From assembly GCF_900289195.1 (NCBI RefSeq), contig NZ_OMOH01000005.1:150001-182000 (forward strand): a stretch of 32,000 nucleotides of DNA, written 5' to 3'. The notes below the pieces were generated by a model. It was not told where the DNA came from. It worked only from the letters and a program-made list of their open reading frames with translations, and ran no database searches. Position numbers and translations under genes: made by a program. Shown one piece after another: positions 25,774 through 32,000 of this stretch; positions within the stretch are counted from its first letter, which is position 1, and every line of letters begins with the position of its first letter. Source of the DNA: Propionibacterium ruminifibrarum (GTDB lineage Bacteria > Actinomycetota > Actinomycetes > Propionibacteriales > Propionibacteriaceae).

Positions 25774-26925
25774 ATGTCTGACACGAACAACCCCACCGAC
25801 GGCTCGGGCGAGACCGGAAGGGTCCTGCCCTCGGGCGCGGTCGTCCAGGAGACCGGAACCACCCAGCAGGCCAGGGACGAGAAGAGACTGTCCCGCCGCG
25901 GCCTGCTCGGCGGCGTCGCGGCCGGCGCAGCAGGCGGCCTCGTCGTCGGCGGCATCGCCGGCGGCCTGATCGGCAACAGCCGCGGCAGGTCGGCCGCCGC
26001 AGCGGACGCATCGGCCTCGGCCGAGGCCCGCAAACTGACCATCATCTACGGGGGCGACGTCTGTGACGCCCCGGCCATCGTCGCCCTCGAGAAGGGCTTC
26101 TTCGCCGACCACGGCCTGGACGTGACCCTGCGGAAGACCGTCGGCGACGAGGACATCAAGGCCGCCGTGGGATCGGGCACCTACGACGCGTCGAGCGGCA
26201 TCTTCTACAGCTGGCTCAAACCCGTCGAGCAGGGCCAGAACGTCAAGTTCGTCGCCGGTCTGCACAGCGGCTGCCTGCGCCTGCTCGTGCGCAACGACTC
26301 CGACATCAAGCAGGTCTCCGACCTGCGCGGGCGCACCATCGGCGTCCCCAGCCTGTCCAGCTCGGCGACCATGTTCTTCTCCCTCGACCTGGTCGACGCC
26401 GGCATCAACCCGGCGGCCGACGCCGGCGAGGTGCAGTGGAAGGTCTACGAACCCTCCCTCGTCGCCGACGCCCTGAAGAACAACGAGGTCGACGCCATCG
26501 CCGCCAGCGACCCCATCGCCTACCGGCCGATCCAGGAGGGCTACGGGTGGGAACTGGCCAGCAACATGACCGGGCCCAACGCGCAGGACTACTGCTGCTG
26601 CACCGCGCTCAACGGCGACCTCGTCAAGAACAACCCGGACGTGGCCCGCGCACTCGTCGAGGCCTGGGCCGAGGGCTCGCGCTACGTGCCGGGCAATGAG
26701 AACGAGGTCGCGCACCTCGAGGTCGACAACGGCTACATCGCAGGCGACATCGACCTCGTCGAGACCCTGCTCACCGAGTACGGCTGGGATCCCTCGGTCA
26801 CGAAGCTGCGCGCCGCGCTGATGCCGGGCATCGAGAAGTTCAAGCAGACCGGCTACCTCGAGGACGACGTCGACACGGAGCAGCTCGCCGACAGGGCCTT
26901 CGACACCCTCGGACTGGACTGGTGA
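25774..26925 (+). CDS. ABC transporter substrate-binding protein, NMT1/SsuA/TauA-like (NitT/TauT family), Tat-exported
   Basis: The twin-arginine motif LSRRGLLGG is followed by a hydrophobic stretch. The mature part KLTIIYGG.....ALEKGFFADHGLDV... fits the NMT1/THI5-like SBP pattern. The start was chosen at ATG 25774; ATG 25681 would add a Pro/Arg-rich stretch that does not look coding. Confidence 0.85.
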   Translation: MSDTNNPTDGSGETGRVLPSGAVVQETGTTQQARDEKRLSRRGLLGGVAAGAAGGLVVGGIAGGLIGNSRGRSAAAADASASAEARKLTIIYGGDVCDAPAIVALEKGFFADHGLDVTLRKTVGDEDIKAAVGSGTYDASSGIFYSWLKPVEQGQNVKFVAGLHSGCLRLLVRNDSDIKQVSDLRGRTIGVPSLSSSATMFFSLDLVDAGINPAADAGEVQWKVYEPSLVADALKNNEVDAIAASDPIAYRPIQEGYGWELASNMTGPNAQDYCCCTALNGDLVKNNPDVARALVEAWAEGSRYVPGNENEVAHLEVDNGYIAGDIDLVETLLTEYGWDPSVTKLRAALMPGIEKFKQTGYLEDDVDTEQLADRAFDTLGLDW

Positions 26926-28025
26926 GCATGAAGACGATCCTGTCGGAACAACCGGCCGCCGCCGACCGCGCCGTGCCGGACCAGGGCGTCGTGCCGTCGG
27001 CGCAGGACCGTGACGCGGCACTGGGGAATGATTCCCAGATCGCCGCCGAACTGGTCCGCCGCCACCGGCCCCACGCCGTCAACCACCTGCAGACCGGTGT
27101 CGCCTTCGCCCTGTGGGTTCTCACCGCGCTGGTCATCGCCCTCGTCCCACCAACCGACGCCTACCTCGTCAAGGGCGAGGCCCAGGCGCTCGGGCTGGCC
27201 GTGATCCTCGCGGCCCTGCTCGGTGCCCTGTGGCTCGCCTCCCGCGTCTGGGACACGGCCTCGCGCTGGCTCGGCGCCTGGTCGCCGTGGTGGATCGCCA
27301 CGGCCGTCGTCACCCTGGCCTGGGAGACACTCACCGCGAAGACCGGGGTCCTGTCCCCGCCCTACGTGCCGAGCCCCGGCCAGATCATCGCCGAGGGCTG
27401 GGCCGACCGGACCCTGCTGGCCCGCTCCGTCGGCAACTCGCTGCTGCTGCTGGCGGTCGGCATCGTGATCGGCGGCCTCGCCGGCCTCGGCACCGGCCTG
27501 TGGATGGGCTGGTCGAAACGGGCGGGTTACTGGCTCGACCCGATCGTCAAGTACATCGGCCCCGTCCCGACCCTGGCCTGGATCCCCATCGTCTTCATCG
27601 CCTTCCCCAACTCGTTCAGCGCCGCCGTCTTCCTGGTCGCCCTGACCGTCTGGTTCCCGATGGCGGTGACGACGAGCGCGGGCATCCGAGGGGTCTCCCG
27701 CGAGTACTTCGACGTGTGCCAGACCCTCGGCGCCTCCAGCCGGTTCCTCATCTTCAAGGTGTCGCTGCCGGCAGCCCTGCCGAACATCTTCACCGGTGTC
27801 TTCATGGCCCTGCCAACCGCCTTCGTCACGCTGACGATCGCGGAGACCCTGGGCGTGAACTCGGGGCTCGGCTGGTACATCAACTGGAAGAAGGGCTGGA
27901 GCGCCTACCCGTCCATGTACGCGGCGATCGCCCTCATGGTGATCATCTGCGGCTCCCTGCTGACCGCCGAACTGGCAGTGCGCAACCGCGTCCTGTCCTG
28001 GCAGAAGGACCTGACACGATGGTGA
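26922..28025 (+). CDS. ABC transporter permease (NitT/TauT family) with ~100-aa N-terminal extension
   Basis: The EAA-type region has the BPD_transp_1 pattern (CQTLGASSRFLIFKVSLPAALPNIFTG). GTG 26922 overlaps the SBP stop (GTGA); ATG 26928 is the alternative. The 3' end overlaps the ATPase start (ATGGTGA). Confidence 0.88.
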   Translation: MSMKTILSEQPAAADRAVPDQGVVPSAQDRDAALGNDSQIAAELVRRHRPHAVNHLQTGVAFALWVLTALVIALVPPTDAYLVKGEAQALGLAVILAALLGALWLASRVWDTASRWLGAWSPWWIATAVVTLAWETLTAKTGVLSPPYVPSPGQIIAEGWADRTLLARSVGNSLLLLAVGIVIGGLAGLGTGLWMGWSKRAGYWLDPIVKYIGPVPTLAWIPIVFIAFPNSFSAAVFLVALTVWFPMAVTTSAGIRGVSREYFDVCQTLGASSRFLIFKVSLPAALPNIFTGVFMALPTAFVTLTIAETLGVNSGLGWYINWKKGWSAYPSMYAAIALMVIICGSLLTAELAVRNRVLSWQKDLTRW

Positions 28026-28822
28026 ACACGATCACAGGGCAGAACCCGGCAGGACGGGGCGGGGCCACGGTCGGCGGCAGCGCCGTCGACGCGCTGCACG
28101 TGGTGCACGCCTTCGTCTCCCACCGCAAACCCCTGCCCGTTCTCGACGACGTGTCCGTGTCGGTCGAGCCCGGCCAGTTCGTCTCGCTCATCGGCCCCTC
28201 GGGCTGCGGCAAGTCGACCCTGCTGCGCCTCATCGCGGGTCTCGACACGCCGATCCGCGGCGAGATCTACGCCGACGGCCACCGCGTCGACGGCCCCGAC
28301 CCGTCGCGCGGCGTCGTCTTCCAGGACCCGACCCTGCTGCCCTGGCTGACCGTCGAGCAGAACATCGGGCTCGGGCCGCAGGTCCGTGGTGCAGCCGACC
28401 GGAAGGACGAGCAGGAGCGCGTCGAGGAGATGATCGAGATGGTCGGCCTCGGCGGCTTCCGCACCGCCTACCCCTCGGAGCTGTCCGGCGGCATGGCCCA
28501 GCGCGCCGCGCTCGCCCGGGCCCTGGCCAACCGCCCGCGCATCCTCCTCCTCGACGAGCCGCTCGGCAAGCTCGATGCGCTGACCCGCTCGGTCCTGCAG
28601 CGAGAGATAGCCGACCTGTGGCAGGCCCAGGGGTTCACGGGCATCATGGTCACCCACGATGTCGAGGAGGCACTCCTCCTGTCCGATCGGGTCGTCATCT
28701 TCTCCCCCCGGCCGGCGCGGGTGATCGCCGACCTGCCCGTCGAACTCGACCGCCCCCGTGCCCAGGACGACCCCGCGTTCCGTGACCTGCGCCGCCGGAT
28801 TCTCGACCTGCTCGGCCAGTGA
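28019..28822 (+). CDS. ABC transporter ATP-binding protein (NitT/TauT family)
   Basis: Walker A GPSGCGKST, Q-loop VFQDP, signature LSGGMAQR, Walker B ILLLDEP, H-loop VTHD. ATG 28019 overlaps the permease stop. The 5' two-thirds of track ORF 27113..28822 is an out-of-frame artefact over the permease gene. Confidence 0.93.
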   Translation: MVNTITGQNPAGRGGATVGGSAVDALHVVHAFVSHRKPLPVLDDVSVSVEPGQFVSLIGPSGCGKSTLLRLIAGLDTPIRGEIYADGHRVDGPDPSRGVVFQDPTLLPWLTVEQNIGLGPQVRGAADRKDEQERVEEMIEMVGLGGFRTAYPSELSGGMAQRAALARALANRPRILLLDEPLGKLDALTRSVLQREIADLWQAQGFTGIMVTHDVEEALLLSDRVVIFSPRPARVIADLPVELDRPRAQDDPAFRDLRRRILDLLGQ

Positions 28823-28851
28823 CGGAGCCGGCGCGAGCGGGGGAGATGCTT

Positions 28852-28870
28852 TGTGCCCGGCCCGGGCACA
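28852..28870 (+). terminator. Hairpin after the ABC operon
   Basis: TGTGCCC-GGCCC-GGGCACA lies 30 nt after the stop. Confidence 0.35.
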
Positions 28871-29062
28871 TGAGAGCCGTCGGCCAGTGATGGGGCCGAT
28901 GGAATGGCCGCCGAAGAGCCGGGGTTGCTCCTCCGGCGGCCTCACAGGGGGGCGGGCACCCGGCCGGGGCCGGGTGCCCGCTTCGCATGCCACGGCCACG
29001 TGGGCCATGCCGCGGGAGCCCGGTTGTTAGAGTCATGTCAGCGACGAACGTGGGGAGGGCGC

Positions 29063-29707
29063 ATGGAGCACAGGATTCATCGGTACCGCGAGCGGGAACA
29101 TCATGATCGCGGGGAGCTGTACGAGCTGCTCGACGGTGAACAGTTCGCCGTCCTGTCGACCGTCAGCGACGAGGGCGAGCCCTGGGCCGTCCCGATCAGC
29201 TACGGCCGGCTGGGCGACCGGATCGTCCTGCACGGCTCCACCGGCGCTGGCCTGCTGCGCGCCGCCGCGGCGGGCGCACCCGTCGTGCTCACCGTCGTCC
29301 ACGTCGACGCCCTGGTCGTCGGTGACAGGGGGAACGGCACGTCCTCGAACTACCGGTCGGCGACGATCCGCGGCAGGCTGCAGCGTCTGGAGGGCCCTGA
29401 GAAGGTCGAGGCCCTCAACGCCCTGCTCGACTCCTATCTGCCCGGCCGTTCCGGCGAGGTGCCGCAGCACACGAACAAGGAGCTGGCCGCGACGATGGTC
29501 TGCACGCTGGACATCGGGGAGGACAACTGGCTCTACAAGACGCGCACCGGCATGCCCAGCGCACCGGACGGCGAGGCCGCAGGCTGGGCCGGCGTCATCC
29601 CGCTCGAGACGCGGTTCGGGGAACCGGTCCCGGCCCCCTGGGCCAAGGGGGACATGCCCGCGTCCGTCCGGGCCGTCCGGCCCCAGGACGGCGGGGACGA
29701 GGGCTGA
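29063..29707 (+). CDS. Pyridoxamine 5'-phosphate oxidase family (FMN-binding split-barrel) protein
   Basis: ATG 29063 follows GGGGAGGG. LYELLDGEQFAVLSTVSDEGEPWAVPISYGRLGDRIVLHGSTGAG fits the PNPOx-like pattern. Confidence 0.8.
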   Translation: MEHRIHRYREREHHDRGELYELLDGEQFAVLSTVSDEGEPWAVPISYGRLGDRIVLHGSTGAGLLRAAAAGAPVVLTVVHVDALVVGDRGNGTSSNYRSATIRGRLQRLEGPEKVEALNALLDSYLPGRSGEVPQHTNKELAATMVCTLDIGEDNWLYKTRTGMPSAPDGEAAGWAGVIPLETRFGEPVPAPWAKGDMPASVRAVRPQDGGDEG

Positions 29708-29771
29708 CCCTCGTCTTGAGTGCCGCGCACCGGGCCGGGCCCGCTGGGGCTGAGGCCTTCCCGGCGGACCG

Positions 29772-30281
29772 TCACTGCTTCTCGTGGGCGATCGACCAGT
29801 GGCTGCCCGGAGCGACCGCCTGCTCGGTGGGCACGAGCAGGCGGGTGGTGAAGGTCCCCGCCGGGCAGACGATGAGTGCCGCCTTCTGCCCGCGACGGCG
29901 CAGCACCCAGTGACCCCCGGGGGTGGGCGGCAGATAGTGGTTCTGCTCGATCCAGGCCACCAGCTCCCCGAGCGTGGGCACCTGGTCGGCGTCGATGCCG
30001 CGGCGCCGGTCCGCCTCGTCCTCGCCCGGGAGTGACGAGCGGTCCAGATGGACCAGTTCCGTGTCCTCCTGTCGGTCGCGGTCCTCGCCGTCCGGGGCGT
30101 CCCGGGGCCGCCGGCCGAGGATGACCGTCACGGTCCCGCAGATCAGCAGGGTGATGGCGAGGACCGCGTGAAGCGGGTCGTGCCGTTGACTCCAGCTGAA
30201 CCCGAGTGCCACACCCATGGCGAGTTCGATGACACCAGTCGCCAGGAGGACAGCTGCACGTGGCGGCGGCAGATGTCTCAT
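29772..30281 (-). CDS. Small membrane protein, unknown function (2 TM plus an acidic linker and a C-terminal soluble domain)
   Basis: TM segments AAVLLATGVIELAMGVALGF and LHAVLAITLLICGTVTVILG. GC3 is high throughout this frame, and the competing frames are Arg/Pro-rich. Confidence 0.65.
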   Translation of the reverse strand: MRHLPPPRAAVLLATGVIELAMGVALGFSWSQRHDPLHAVLAITLLICGTVTVILGRRPRDAPDGEDRDRQEDTELVHLDRSSLPGEDEADRRRGIDADQVPTLGELVAWIEQNHYLPPTPGGHWVLRRRGQKAALIVCPAGTFTTRLLVPTEQAVAPGSHWSIAHEKQ

Positions 30282-30379
30282 GGCCGCCAGTATGCCCCGG
30301 TGCCTCCTGCGGCATCCGGTCGGCCGTGGGCCGTCCGGCTCCCTGGACGTATGCCGAGGGAGAAACCGACACCCACACG

Positions 30380-30408
30380 TTGTAATTCATTTTTCAATGA
30401 AATATGTT
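30380..30408 (+). promoter_or_regulatory. Putative sigma-A-type promoter with an operator-like palindrome in the spacer, upstream of the FMN reductase gene
   Basis: TTGTAA (30380-30385), a 17-nt spacer, then TATGTT (30403-30408). The inverted repeat TTCATT-N4-AATGAA (30386-30401) lies inside the spacer. This is the only AT-rich patch in the divergent intergenic region. Confidence 0.4.
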
Positions 30409-30467
30409 TCGTCGGGTCGTTGTGCCCAGTGGTCCCGGCCAACGCATGAGCAGCGGGAGGAAGACCC

Positions 30468-31136
30468 ATGAAGATCGGTGTCGTGAGCGGCAGCATCCGC
30501 GAGGGCCGCGTGGGCGAGTCCATCTCCCGGTGGGTGCTTGCCGGGGCGAGGGCCCATGGCGGAGCCGACTTCGAGCTCATCGACCTGAGGTTCTTCGACC
30601 TTCCGCTCTTCACCGATGCACGTATGCCGATGGCCGCGGGGAAGAGATACGACAACCCCGTCGTCCAGGCCTGGAGCAACGCCATCGACAGGTGCCACGG
30701 TTTCATCATTGTGACACCCGAGTACAACCACTCCGTGCCGGGCGCCCTGAAGAACGCCGTCGATCACCTGGCGAACGAGTGGGTGGGCAAGCCGGTTGCC
30801 TTCATCGGCTATGGCCCCGATGGGGCCGTGCATGCGATCGAGCACTGGCGTCAGATCTTCAGCACCTTCGAGGCCAGGAGCGTCAGTGCTCAGTTGTCAA
30901 TCAATTCCCCCGCGGGGACGGGCGGCGGGAACGGATTCGCCCCGGATGAGCACCATGTCGGTGAACTGAACGACCTGCTGGACGTGCTCATCGACAGTGC
31001 CGCCGAGATCCCAGCCGGACACCGGCAATGGCGCATCGGGAACAGGTACGGTCCGTGCCCGCCCGTTGCCTGGTCCACGACCGCCGCGCAGGAGATGCCA
31101 GAACCCGCGCGTCGTCTCACGGGGTGCCGCACTTGA
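30468..31136 (+). CDS. NADPH-dependent FMN reductase family protein
   Basis: MKIGVVSGSIREGRVGESISRWV...GFIIVTPEYNHSVPGALKNAVDHL...KPVAFIGYG. GGGAGG lies 7 nt upstream of the start. The last ~40 aa are atypical, and the ORF overlaps msrA by 20 nt in convergent orientation. Confidence 0.85.
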   Translation: MKIGVVSGSIREGRVGESISRWVLAGARAHGGADFELIDLRFFDLPLFTDARMPMAAGKRYDNPVVQAWSNAIDRCHGFIIVTPEYNHSVPGALKNAVDHLANEWVGKPVAFIGYGPDGAVHAIEHWRQIFSTFEARSVSAQLSINSPAGTGGGNGFAPDEHHVGELNDLLDVLIDSAAEIPAGHRQWRIGNRYGPCPPVAWSTTAAQEMPEPARRLTGCRT

Positions 31137-31752
31137 CACCGGTTGCGTGAACCGGGCAGTAGCCGTACGGGTTCGCCTCGAGGTACTGCTGGTGGTAGTC
31201 CTCTGCGTAGTACCAGTCACCGGCAGGGACGATGTCGGTGACGAGCCTGCCGTAACCCGCTCGGGTCAGTGCCGCCTGGTAGTCCTCGCAGAGCGCCGCC
31301 GCAGTGGCCTCCTGTTCGGGACCGGTGTAGAAGATCGACGAGCGGTACTGGGTGCCGACATCGGCGCCCTGTCTGTTGAGTTGGGTGGGGTCGTGGTTCT
31401 CGAGGAAGATCCTCACGAGCTCGGCGAACGAGGTCACAGCAGGGTCGAAGACGACACGCACGGTCTCGGCGTGCCCGGTCTGGCCGGTGCAGACCTCCTC
31501 GTACGTCGGGTTCGGCGTGAAGCCGCCCATGTAGCCGACGGCGGTGCTCAGCACCCCGGGCCGGCTCCAGTAGAGCTTCTCAACGCCCCAGAAGCAACCG
31601 GCCGCCAGGTAGGCGGTCTGCGATCCGGGGAACTCACGATCGAGCCGGTCCCCCGTGACACGGTGGAAGAACGGCATGGTCAGGACGGGTTTGCTGCGCC
31701 CGGTCAAGGCGTTCTCGGCGTCAACCATGGTGGTTTTCTCGAAACGCAACAT
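31117..31752 (-). CDS. msrA: Peptide-methionine (S)-S-oxide reductase MsrA
   Basis: AYLAAGCFWGVEKLYW (the GCFWG active site), GYMGGFTPNPTYEEVCTGQTGHAETVRVVFDP and HQQYL. It aligns from the N-terminus with E. coli MsrA. Confidence 0.95.
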   Translation of the reverse strand: MLRFEKTTMVDAENALTGRSKPVLTMPFFHRVTGDRLDREFPGSQTAYLAAGCFWGVEKLYWSRPGVLSTAVGYMGGFTPNPTYEEVCTGQTGHAETVRVVFDPAVTSFAELVRIFLENHDPTQLNRQGADVGTQYRSSIFYTGPEQEATAAALCEDYQAALTRAGYGRLVTDIVPAGDWYYAEDYHQQYLEANPYGYCPVHATGVKCGTP

Positions 31753-31805
31753 TGCATCAGCCTAACGCGGCGCTGAAGGCCCCACCCGGGTCCGCGGTCC
31801 GGCCC

Positions 31806-32000
31806 TCAGGCGCGCTCGTTCAGGTCCCAGTCGATCGGCTGCGCCCCGGCGGCGGTCAGGAACTGGTTGGCCCGGCTGAACGGGCGGGAACCGAAGAAGC
31901 CCGAACGGGCGGACAGCGGGCTCGGGTGAGCCGATTCGATCACCGGGATGCCGCCCGCGGTGAGTGCCGGGGCCAGCGACCGGGCGTCGCGGCCCCACAG
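31806..32000 (-). CDS. ung: Uracil-DNA glycosylase, C-terminal 64 codons (5' part lies beyond the window)
   Basis: This ORF is not in the track because it has no Met in the window. The reverse strand reads [64 protein letters not shown] with its stop at 31806-31808. HPSPLSA and GFFG..PFS.AN are family-1 UNG motifs. Confidence 0.85.
   Translation of the reverse strand: MWGRDARSLAPALTAGGIPVIESAHPSPLSARSGFFGSRPFSRANQFLTAAGAQPIDWDLNERA

Noticed and set aside
25627-27021. 464-aa ORF on the minus strand
   Set aside because: It is antisense to the Tat-signal SBP gene. Composition is low-complexity (R/G/A/V/D) with no recognisable domain.
27113-28018. 5' two-thirds of the 569-aa track ORF 27113..28822
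   Set aside because: It is out of frame over the permease gene and Arg/Pro/His-rich. The ATPase homology begins only at ATG 28019, which is coupled to the permease stop.
27905-29008. 367-aa ORF on the minus strand
   Set aside because: It is antisense to the ABC ATPase, which has complete Walker A, signature and Walker B motifs. It has no motifs of its own.
28904-29062. N-terminal 53 codons of the PNPOx-like track ORF
   Set aside because: It is Arg/Gly/Pro-rich and not protein-like. ATG 29063 has a GGGGAGGG RBS and family similarity starts there.
31010-31136. Atypical ~40-aa C-terminal tail of the FMN reductase that overlaps msrA by 20 nt (possible frameshift or lost stop)
   Set aside because: No alternative frame restores a recognisable ending, and short convergent overlaps do occur. 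There is not enough evidence to call a pseudogene.
29533-31776. 285-aa ORF (29533..30390, -) and 259-aa ORF (30997..31776, +)
   Set aside because: The first is Arg/Pro/Gly-rich and overlaps the better-supported TM protein frame. The second is antisense to msrA.

Overview
High-GC actinobacterial-type chromosome window in two compositionally different parts. All calls come from reading the translations and sequence by eye. No HMM, BLAST or folding software was run, so domain borders are accurate to about 30 nt.

(A) Positions 1 to about 12,560 form a lower-GC accessory island that is cut by the left window edge. It contains:
- the last ~42 codons of an upstream ORF;
- a 2657-aa AT-less (trans-AT-type) two-module polyketide synthase, KS-DH(noncanonical)-KR-ACP-KS-ACP-alpha/beta-hydrolase;
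- a GT-B glycosyltransferase fused to a degenerate ABC-ATPase domain;
- an ANL-family acyl-CoA ligase;
- decayed IS3-family and IS630-family transposase fragments.

(B) Positions ~12,650 to 32,000 are a ~70% GC housekeeping block.
- It opens with a lipoprotein, then mazG, a second lipoprotein, eno, ftsB-like, DUF501 and ppx. This is the same order as M. tuberculosis Rv1021-Rv1026.
- Next come a 73-nt tRNA with anticodon UAA, a VOC/glyoxalase, a Bax-inhibitor/YccA membrane protein, a NUDIX hydrolase, a lipoprotein, 3-methyladenine glycosylase, an SRPBCC protein and a FUSC-family membrane protein.
- The block ends with a Tat-exported NitT/TauT-type ABC importer (SBP-permease-ATPase), a PNPOx-like protein, a small membrane protein, an FMN reductase, msrA and the 3' end of ung.

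The most interesting material is the PKS / GT-pseudo-ATPase / ligase island. Other points worth a second look are a class-I-shaped tRNA(UAA), in-frame TTA codons that I found only in island genes, and a ~600-nt leader with a Cys-rich small ORF upstream of the ABC operon. Many long ORFs in the six-frame track are antisense or alternate-frame artefacts of high GC and were rejected.
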